DNA from: Antedon mediterranea
Taxonomy: Eukaryota > Animalia > Echinodermata
DNA length: 64,000 nucleotides
Reading direction: 5' to 3'
Assembly: GCF_964355755.1 (NCBI RefSeq)
Contig: NC_092673.1
Span: 7,812,001 to 7,876,000, forward strand
Under the pieces are notes generated by a model. The model was not told where the DNA came from and made no database searches. It saw nothing but the letters and a program-made list of their open reading frames with translations. A program made the translations under genes and the position numbers. Shown here piece by piece: positions 13,201 through 23,700 of this stretch (position 1 is the stretch's first letter; every line of letters starts with the position of its first letter).

Positions 13201-16200
13201 GTACCTAGATTCCACACCAACTATTGACATCATGGCTGTTCATGCCAATAGAAGATGTTAATTTACACACACTGGTCAACTTTGCCTACAGAAACTTTAA
13301 AGTAAAAATTATATTGTAATTAGGCATTATTAACTCCACCTAGTAGGTTATATTTTTGTCTGGAGATATTTGTGCACGTGTTTGTCTGCTAGCAAGATAA
13401 CGCCAAAACTAAAAGATGGAACTTTTCTAAATTTAAACCAGATAGATATGTATGTAGTCACAGAAAACTCTGGATTGGAGACAATCTGAACCTGGATCCT
13501 AATTCTGGACCATTTTTTATTATTTTACTAATTTTAGGCCGTGCGTCAAAACTCCTAACGAAGGTTGCACATCTCTAAATGCTCTTGTTTATCATACCTT
13601 TATTCTTTAACTCTTCAAACCCTCTAACATGTGGCATTTCCTCTTCAAGTCGATTCATTGTATACTATTAAAAGTTAAACATAAATCAGTGTTTACTGTA
13701 TTCATTTTATATTATCATCATCATCAATTAAATTAATTGGATGCCAAAGTATAAATTTAATTTTAACAATGCGGAAATAAAATGTCAGTGGAATTTGAAG
13801 ATATGAAGATATTCAAATTTTGTTTGAAAGAAAAAGATTTCTAAAATAAACCACAGAGGGCAGCATAAGGATACCTCAAAGCTGACTTGTTGTAGAAGAG
13901 CTAGACGTTTCTCTTCTGTTTCATCAGGTGGTATCTTCTTGTGCAATTCTAAAATTTAAATTTATTAAACACAATCAAAATAAATTGCAGGCAATGTCAT
14001 TAGGAAACAAATATTTGTTGATATAAATTTTGCGGTACACCACATATATTTAGTTTTGAAAAGAACTGTTGAGTTTCTCAACGTTTTGATCAATATACTT
14101 TGATCCTCCTCAGGATTGAGAATGCGGAAAATCAAGGAAACTGGTCCATATATAAACTAAATATACATTTAGCGTACTGTAAACATTATATTCAAACAAG
14201 AAACAAATATTTCTTTTATATCTCCAAGTTTATAGGCTTCATTTACCTGAGACATCAAGGTTAGCTGGTGGAAGTGACCTTTGATTTCGACCCCTCATGA
14301 AGCTTGAACGTCTTCTCTTTTTTTCTTTGCATTTTCCCAAGGAGAGTGGCAGCTATTTAAAATAAAGTTTACAAAATTAAATGTATGGATTATTTCTGAG
14401 ACAAACCTACTAAAACATCAAATATGTTTACATTTGTCTTAAGTAATTATAGACAATTATAGAAATCTTTTTCACAAAAGGTTTTCATGAAGTGGTAAAA
14501 TATTGCCTACAAAGCCCTGCAAATAATGTATACCTGTTTTGTATTTTATATGCAATAGTTTATGTTTATGTTCAATTTATTTGTATAAGGAATTGTAATA
14601 TTAAAGTTTCAAGTTCAATCTGTGTACAAAAAATAATAAGGCCAAATAGACAATACTTGGTGTGGAGGAAAATATTAGCATGTTGGACTTTGCCGGAAAT
14701 TCATTGTTTACTATTATCATAGAGATATTCTATTATACAAACGGTCGTTCGTATCCTTTGTTTTTTTTATGTAAGGTCAACCTTTATTCTGTCTGTAATT
14801 TCCAAATTTATGGATGAATAAAGCGATGTCTATGTCTATGTTGTGATGGGCACAGAAAACTAGGTTGACCGTGATGATTTTCACTAGATGCACAGTCAAC
14901 CATGTACAGTCAACCATGCTGATAGGAAACAATAATTTACATGCACGGTTGACTGTGCCAATAGGTATTTATTAAAAAATTACTTTACCTCCTGATTATG
15001 ATCAGTTTGATCTAAACTTCTCTTCTTCTGCCTTCTTGTTGTACAACTGAAACAAAAAAAATGAGTGAGTACAATTATAATAAAGCAATAAAAAAGCGAG
15101 TGAGTGGCCGAGCAGTTAAGGCAGTAGCCATAACATTGGCATAGCAGTTAAGGCAGTAGCCACAACATTGGCATGGGTAAGTGGCCGAGCAGTTAAGGCA
15201 GTAGCCATAACATTGGCATAGCAGTTAAGGCAGTAGCCATAACATTGGCATGGGTGAGTGGCCGAGCAGTTAAGGCAGTAGCCATAACATTGGCATAGCA
15301 GTTAAGGCAGTAGCCATAACATTGGCATGGGTGAGTGGCCGAGCAGTTAAGGCAGTAGCCACAACATTGGCATAGCAGTTAAGGCAGTAGCCATAACATT
15401 GGCATGGGTGAGTGGCCGAGCAGTTAAGGCAGTAGCCATAACATTGGCATGGGTGAGTGGCCGAGCAGTTAAGGCAGTAGCCATAACATTGGCATAGCAG
15501 TTAAGGCAGTAGCCATAACATTGGCATGGGTGAGTGGCCGAGCAGTTAAGGCAGTAGCCATAACATTGGCATGGGTGAGTGGCCGAGCAGTTAAGGCAGT
15601 AGCCATAACATTGGCATGGGTGAGTGGCCGAGCAGTTAAGGCAGTAGCCACAACATTGGCATAGCAGTTAAGGCAGTAGCCATAACATTGGCATGGGTGA
15701 GTGGCCGAGCAGTTAAGGCAGTAGCCATAACATTGGCATGGGTGAGTGGCCGAGCAGTTAAGGCAGTAGCCATAACATTGGCATGGGTGAGTGGCCGAGC
15801 AGTTAAGGCAGTAGCCACAACATTGGCATAGCAGTTAAGGCAGTAGCCATAACATTGGCATGGGTGAGTGGCCGAGCAGTTAAGGCAGTAGCCACAACAT
15901 TGGCATAGCAGTTAAGGCAGTAGCCATAACATTGGCATGAGTGAGTGGCCGAGCAGTTAAGGCAGTAGCCACAACATTGGCATAGCAGTTAAGGCAGTAG
16001 CCATAACATTGGCATGGGTGAGTGGCCGAGCAGTTAAGGCAGTAGCCATAACATTGGCATAGCAGTTAAGGCAGTAGCCACAACATTGGCATGGGTGAGT
16101 GGCCGAGCAGTTAAGGCAGTAGCCACAACATTGGCATAGCAGTTAAGGCAGTAGCCATAACATTGGCGTGGGTTCGAGGCTCACTTGCTACACATGGTTC

Positions 16201-18218
16201 TGGTAAAACCGGTAACCCACCATCCATCTTTAGGAGCATCAATACCAATAAATTTAATAAATCTGCTATAATCCACTGTAGTTGAATTGAACATGGAATA
16301 TCTGTAAATCAAGTACCTATTAGTTAGGCTAGGTCCGGTATATCTACTAGTACTAGGGTAAGCTAGGTAGGAGGCCTAGGCTAGTACTAAAATATAGGCC
16401 TAGTAGAGGCCTAGGCCCTAGGTAGGCCTATCCTAACTAAGTCATTTTGTGTTGAATTACCTTCCTGTTGAATGAGACCTAGAGGGTAGGCCTAGCCTCT
16501 ACTGTCTGTACTAGCTAGGCCTCCTACCTAACTAGCTACTACTAGCTAGGGCCTAGCCCTATCTAGGGCTAGCCTAGTCGGATTAGGCCAACTTCGGCCA
16601 AAGACAATTTCGGCCACAGACAATATTACTACCATAGCTATGGAACACCCATAGTGCCATTGATAGGGGAACAATGAGACACGACAATGTAATACAGGAT
16701 TATCGATTTCATTGCGTTTTACTTTTGTTTTTTGTTTTTACACAGGAAAACACGGACACAGACAAACTTGGCAATTAATTAATAATGAAAATAAAATACG
16801 AACACGTATTTTGTAGCTAGGTGGCATGATGAGATAAGAAACGAAGAATTACGTAGATACCGATATTTCAGAGTACAACAAATACAATACGGTTGAAATT
16901 AAAATGTATAGTTTTTACAAATAAAAGAAATGAATTGAATGAGGCCTAAGTGATACTAATTGTATGTACATTTTTCTATAAATATAAAACGAATTGAAGT
17001 ATGTAGGGATATATACTATTTGTATTGTGTACAATAAATATAACTTTGAAGGAATAAGAAACGGAAGAACAAAGTGGTTAAGAATACGATTTATTTTATC
17101 GGAAGAAACAATTGAAGAAAGTATATAATTATTAAGAATTAATATGTTGTAAGATGTAAATGAAACACTGGTAAATAAATGTTAATAGAAATGCGTGCGT
17201 TGTTTTTGCGTGTAAAATTTTACCTAATAAAATGAACTTGAAATATTAGTAAAACACCAACTACCCAAGAGGAATTATGCGAAGGCATTGAAGAATTTCT
17301 GAACAGGCTCGGAATAAATTTCTGACTGTGTGCGTCATGAGAAGGTACGTCGAAAACCCCGTCATATGGGTCGTTGATTTGTCCGTAGTCATTGCATTTT
17401 GCCGGGGATTCCCCATCATTTCCGTAGTAGCCTATTTACAGTATCTTCATTTCCCTACGTCCGAAATATTGGGCCGAATTTCCGTAGTAATTACGGATGT
17501 TCCGAACTTTGAAATAACAGTGTTTGATTGCTTCTTTCTGTATTAAAAACCAATCAAATGAAGATGACAAAGTTTTATTAAATTTATTTTTTTTTATCAC
17601 TAATTTTTTTCTTGATTCTGCTTGTATTGATGTGTGAGTTCCTGATATTCCTCCTTGTTCCTTAGGTCACCTAAGCAATGGAAGGAAAAACGTTTTAATT
17701 AAATTTCTTTTTTCATAGCCCAACTATTAATACGTCTGTACTAAGAGAGTATTTAACTGTGTCACTGACAGTTGAATTTGTTTTTCGCCAAGATACAACT
17801 AAACTGGAATGGAAACAACAAATCTAATACCGTAAATGCAAATTGTAGTGGAATAACGTTAAGAATGATAACACTGTAATGGTAGTAATAGTCATAAAAA
17901 ATACTACTGTATACAACAAAGCATGAGATGCGATAACTAATAGCAAAAACAATAGCACGGTCTAATATATGCGTGAATGGCGCGCCATAGAAATCTGTTG
18001 TGGCCGAAACTGTCTGTGGCCGAAACTGTCTGTGGCCGAAACGGTCATATCCTACCTAGCTAGGCCTAGCTAGAGGCCTAGCCCTAGGCCTAGAGAAAAG
18101 AAAGTTTTTGAAAAAAAAATAGACTAGCCTAAATAAATACATAACAACGGAGATCCTATAACAACTATATATGAAACAATATGTTTCTAAAAGTATTCTA
18201 TTCTATAACAAACCTCAT
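7268..18218 (-). CDS. DSN1: Kinetochore-associated protein DSN1 (Mis13), spliced; final exon not located
   Basis: Exons on the minus strand: 18214-18218, 14989-15046, 14247-14352, 13875-13948, 13598-13664, 12589-12667, 8989-9132, 7268-7400. All have GT-AG boundaries with consistent phases, 222 codons in total. Protein: MSCTTRRQKKRSLDQTDHNQELPLSLGKCKEKKRRRSSFMRGRNQRSLPPANLDVSELHKKIPPDETEEKRLALLQQVSFEYTMNRLEEE...LPNPINVKMEES...ESNKWEELL...YLAELPDLNQIL...LEMH. This matches DSN1 hallmarks: basic RRxS...SLxP motif, 'ExKRL..LL..SF', 'PNPxN', and 'E...W..LL'. Confidence 0.88.
11422..12310. mobile_element. Non-autonomous piggyBac-like element in DSN1 intron
   Basis: TTAA|CCCTCTTAGTGCC ... GGTACTAAGAGGG|TTAA. 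Confidence 0.85.
15097..16205 (+). repeat. SINE-head-derived minisatellite with 45-bp and 32-bp units
   Basis: Units GAGTGGCCGAGCAGTTAAGGCAGTAGCCATAACATTGGCATGGGT (45 bp) and AGCAGTTAAGGCAGTAGCCATAACATTGGCAT (32 bp). The array ends in GGGTTCGAGGCTCAC...CATGGTTCTGGT, as in the SINE at 27129. Confidence 0.93.
16580..18052. mobile_element. TIR DNA element with subterminal TTTCGGCCACAGACA repeats, in DSN1 intron 1
   Basis: Left end GGATTAGGCCAACTTCGGCCAAAGACAATTTCGGCCACAGACA. Right end reverse complement GGATATGACCGTTTCGGCCACAGACAGTTTCGGCCACAGACA. No clear TSD. Confidence 0.65.
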
Positions 18219-18900
18219 TTTGTATGATTTATATGCTGTCTATCTTAGCTTTCGTATGTTTTGTGTTTTTGATAATAATTGAAAATCTGCCGCTCAAGAA
18301 ATGCGCCCTCAACAATAATCTATTTACTCGAAGTCTCTTAAAAATGCTGAAAAGTAAGTAAAGAATCCAGTATCTATTCTCAGTTCCTTAACCTTTTCAT
18401 ATTTTTATTAAACTATAAAGCACACGAAATATTATTTATTTTGTAAAAAAAATATTTTTAAATATCACGTACGTTAATTTCAGCTGCAAATAAAATAATG
18501 TTAATTGATAAAGCCCACGTAAAAAAAAATCGGGGAAACCCCCATTTACGATTGGCTCTCTCTTCTTGCCGGCTATGACTATAAAAAATAAAAGTGCTTG
18601 TTAAAAAAGGTAGTCGTCATTTGTATTGCTGTATGAAAGTGACAAAACCTCTAAACAAATAGCACTTTTCATTTTATCTAATGTTACTTTAGGTAAGGTA
18701 TATATTTATAGTAGAATACAAATATTAAATAAATTGTTATTTTTAATTCAAAATTCCTAAACAATTTAGCCCAGGCTAGGCCTCTAAATAATGACAATGT
18801 TTACAAACTGTGTTGTTAGTCTAACTCTCTTGTGTAGTGTAAGCCGGGAAAGATGCTCTCAAGATACTAGAAAACCAAAATAAGAAGGGCCTAGCCTAGT
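18219..18900. promoter_or_regulatory. Probable shared (divergent) promoter region of DSN1 and MVB12
   Basis: Head-to-head genes with ATGs at 18218 (-) and 20779 (+). Local CpG-containing motifs and an ATTGG/CCAAT at 18551. Transcription starts cannot be determined from sequence alone. Confidence 0.4.
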
Positions 18901-19650
18901 TTTTTTTTAATTGGCATTTTCTGTACACAGTATATTACGCTTAAATGGTATTTGCTACACAGTAACAACAATAATTGTGTAAAAGTAAAACTAATTGTGT
19001 GATATTTTGTTATAATATAATCAGTCAATGAAATTGAATGAATGAAGTGAAGTGTGAATTGTTTGAGTTTCAACGAACAATGATGAATCATTAATACTGT
19101 ACAATAGTGATGTGAGTCATACTGATCCATCCTGTTTAATTGTTATACAAAAAAATACTGTACACTCTCACTTAGTATATAATCCACCCATGAACAAAAT
19201 ATTTGAAAGTCATATTACTGGTTACCTAGTGTTTGTAAACTACGAATGTGAGAGAATTTAATTAAATTTGATATATGATGGGAGATAATTTATAGATACT
19301 ATATACCGGCAATTGTTGATGTAATGGATATATATATAACTTTAAAAACATTAAACCAGGTAATTTCTTGTCTTAAATGTGTGTTCTATTGTTAATTATG
19401 ATGAAAAGGGAATACCTAAGTATCGTCTCTCTCGTAGACTTCTCTAGGCCTATCTTAGATAGGTTAAGTTTTGTAGGCCTAGTTGGTAAAGAGTGGTAAC
19501 ATACGGACATTGTACGCTAGAGTAGCTAGAGGCCTAGCCTGGCTTTGTCTCGTTGCTGAATTAATTGTCTTTCCTTTTTTTGCACAATCCGTTAATACAA
19601 TTCGGTTCTTTTATTTGTTTATTCTTTTGACAAACGATCGAAGTGTTGGG

Positions 19651-20492
19651 GTTTCACGACAAATATGGTCCGGGGCCAAAATCGGTCCGGCCGGACCAGT
19701 TTTGGCTCCAAAGTTTGTGGCCAAAAGCAGTCCGCCACTGCAAAAATCGGTCCGGGTTTTTCTTCTGCCGATTTTAATTGAATTACTAGGCCTATGATGC
19801 TGGTTTAAGTTGTTTATGGCTAGAAAAATATCCCATGATATATATAAGTAAGTTATCTTGTCGGATAGATATGATAAATAAATGTATTTTATCTAAAAAC
19901 ATGACTTAGGTGTTCACTGATATTTCAGCCTGCCACACACTCACATGAACGGGTATGAGATTTTATTTATGATCGAGGCCCTTTTCCTTCCTCAGCCTAA
20001 TCAATATGGGATAATTGTTTTATAATAATTGTATTGACCATATTAACCATAAATAAGTAATAAATTAAATTGTTTTTAACATGAGGAAACGAACAAAAGA
20101 ACAAAATGGATTAAAAACAGGCAGAAATACATTGTACACAAAAAGCCTAACAATTAGTACTAATTACTGATGCGTTACTATTAATAATGATAATAAAAAA
20201 ACAGACTTAATTTATAATATTAAAATAACAAATAAAACCCTGTAGTTTTCAATATAATGAAAATCATGGCCCTTTTTTCAAAATGATATATTATACATTA
20301 TGACTCATTTTGCGCACCATATATTTGTAAGACCGGACCATATTTGGCGGCCAAAAACAGTCCTACTCCCCGGACCGATTTTATCCAGGCCGGAAAGGTT
20401 TTGGCAGCCAAAAATGGTCCCCCGGACTGATTTTGGCAGCCAAAACTGGTCCACCGGACCGATTTTGGTCCGGACTGATTTTGGTGTGACAG
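19651..20492. mobile_element. MITE with repetitive inverted termini (AAAATCGGTCCGG / CCGGACCGATTTT)
   Basis: Inverted clusters of ggtccgg/ccggacc motifs at 19651-19760 and 20330-20492 flank an AT-rich core. Confidence 0.7.
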
Positions 20493-20778
20493 GTGCATCA
20501 CATCACAATATGAAAATATCAATCTGCGCATTCTGGTATTTATAGCGGGCCACTTAAATTATTAGATTAGACTTATTTTTCACATTTTTAACCATTTAAA
20601 GAAGAAGAAAAAATTATTATAGGTCCATATAAAGACAAAAACAATTATCACAATAGGTCCATATAGTATTTATTTTTACATAAACTATGTAGTGTGTGGT
20701 TTTTTTTTTTGGCAGTGAAAAAAAAAGACAAATTGCAGGAAGACCCACATAATACAGTTAAGCTGATTGGTCAACACC

Positions 20779-23700
20779 ATGGTTGAAAAAATTCTTCCAC
20801 CAGATTATCCAATCACAGACATTTTTATAGTTTCAGAAAAATCATATTGTCCATCGGGATACCAGGTGGTAAGTTGTGTAGCATATCATGACAGAGCCTT
20901 GTATCAGACTTAGGGCCTGTTTCTATTGACCAGAGAATATCGTAGTCTGAAAGAATGGTATTTTCTTAATAAGATAAGGAAATCTGTGAGAATATGAAAA
21001 AGCTGCTCCAACCAATATATATTTTATGTATATTTTGGGGTTTAAAATGTTTAATATCATGAATACTAATACCATAGGTGTAGGAGAACCTTACTGTTAT
21101 AATTTTGGAGATTTTGGTAGTACAGTACAGGTATTTGTTTTTTAGATCACTTTCTTTTAAATGGCTAACACTTGGGGGAGGAGACACTTCTTACAGTAGG
21201 TCTTACCAGGAAAGAGTTCTACTGTTGCTTTATTTATAAGTTTTAATATTATCTTTGTAATTTCTTTGCTTCAGATTGATTTAACTACAGATGGACAAGA
21301 TGCAGACTTGTGGAAAGATTCTTTCCTCAAAAAGACAAAGAGATATTTATGTTTCACTAGGAAGCTACCAACACCAGATGTAAGAACAATTTTATTTCAA
21401 TTTCTCATAAGATGACTAAATGAACCCTGTATTGTACTGTACCTTTCCAATTCCAGGATTAAAATAAAGCATAACTATTATTATTTAGAAATTAAGGGAA
21501 ATACATTATGATTAATCTCAGCTCACACCTTCCATCACTAGATTCTATAGAGTTCTTCAGTGTGACGCTAGCACAACCAAAAGTGCGATTTTGTAATAAC
21601 CACTATAGATTTGTGTTTCTATCAAATTATGTATCTTAGCTTGATTTTTTTTAACTTAAACTGTAGTTGAAGAATAAATAGATTAATAAAAAACAAATGT
21701 TTAGTGATCTTTTGAAATTTTAGTTTGTTTTTATTGAAAATGATTAAGTTTTAAAATGACTACTTCAATAAGCCTATTCCAAACCATTGGTGAACTAGGA
21801 GTCACTCAGGCAGGTTGAATGCATTTTTTGGTTGGCTAGGAACCACGCAGCGCCACCTACAGTACTGTCGTGACATCATTACCACAGAACTCTATTCGCA
21901 TACACATACACTTGGCTTAAAAGTGTCTAGATTCTTGTTTTAGACAATCAATTCCAGTATTTCTTTAAGAAAAAAAACATAAAAGATGAAGATGTTTCAT
22001 GAACAGGTCAAATTTTGCACGAGGGCAGCTGATAAAAACCATCTCATTTACATACGTGGCCACACTCAAACTTAGGCCAGTGACCAGGATGGCTTTTGTG
22101 AATTGTCATGACAACTTAATGCATTCATAGTTGTTAATGGTTTTAAATATTTTAATTTAAAAGATGGATTGGTTGAAAAATGTTTGTATTTTCAGGGCTC
22201 TAATACTATGGTGCTAAAAGACTTAGCAATAATAAAAGAAAATGGACAAACGCCTGAGAGGTACACAGCGCTGAATGTAACAAAAGACACAGGTATGGCT
22301 TTTAGATAATGTCAGTGTGTTGTTGTTTAATAGGGGTGTCCCAAAGGAGGGGTTCTACTATACAAACTATTTCATTTTGGAGGGCCTGGAATCAATGGAA
22401 ACAAAACAAAAAGTCTCCTGATTGAATAGTACTGTAAATTAATCACTGTCCTATCCCATAGGTGGTAATCCCCCTGATACTGGGGCTTTTTTTGTGAACC
22501 AGTTTGATTTGAAGCAGTGCTTTAGCATATAGGTAAATGGGTTGGATAATTGTTTGATTTCACCACCAATTCAGTCATTGTGTTCTTCTGTCCATGATTA
22601 TAATTATACAGTATTATTTATTTACGTCAGAGTAGGGCAAAACATCTGACCAAGTATTATTTATTGTTATATTATATTATTTTCAACAATTTTTCTTTAA
22701 CCAGCTGAACCAAGTTTAAAAAAGAAGCAAATAATGGTACAATATGCTAATAGAGTAACATCAGGGCCAGCAATTTGTGAAGTGTTCTTGACTAAAAATA
22801 CAAAATATCCTATTGCAGAATCACATGGTAGGGGGTAAGTAAAAATACAAAATATCCTATTGCAGAATCACATGGTAGGGGGTAAGTAAAAATACAAAAT
22901 ATCCTATTGCAGAATCACATGGTGAGTAAAAATGTTAAAATATTATTGTTCTTCATATTGTAAAACAATTTTTTAAAATAGCTTCCAATTCTCCCTTTTG
23001 TACTAACTATGTACTGTATGTGAGCAGGTATCAAAGGAACACTTTTTTTACCCTAATTTTAAAAATATCCTATCCTATATTACATACATGTATGTATATA
23101 TGAATTTCAAATTATCCTACTACACAAATTAGTATGCTAGATACAGTGGGGAAAACTGGGTGATAAAAGGTCAGTAATATGACCCTGTGGTCTAATGGTA
23201 TGATACTCTCTGTAAACATTATATCGCAAGTTCCAATCTCAAATAGAGACATTGTATTTTTGTAAAACCAAATTTAATTTTTTTTTTATTTGTGCTGTTC
23301 ACAGAGAAATAAATGGTTTAACATTATCAATAAGGTATGGAACAGGACCCAAACCAGCACCAATATTAACAGCAGTACCCGAGCCAACACCTAGGCCTAG
23401 GCCTGTACCCGCCCCAAGGTAAGAGACATTCAACCAAACACACTAACATGTGACCAACATGTTTGGTTTCAGCCTTGTTATATTTATGGTATATAGACTC
23501 TATGCGAACCAGTGCCTTAACGTTAAGGGGCCCTCCGACACTTTTTTCAGCATATTTGAATGCTTGTTTTTAAATTCAGATTTTCTGTAAATACTGTAAA
23601 CTTCTAATTCTGACTTTTGTGCGTCAACATTTCTGAAATTGTGATAAATCAAAAGGCAGACCCAGCCGCTTGACATAAACTTGTTTCACTTACTGTTTCA

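Noticed and set aside
15469-15818. MATALTARPLTHANV repeat ORFs
   Set aside because: Antisense translation of the SINE-derived minisatellite.
16633-16642. CATAGCTATG mini-palindrome as another footprint
   Set aside because: Too short and lacks a flanking direct repeat.
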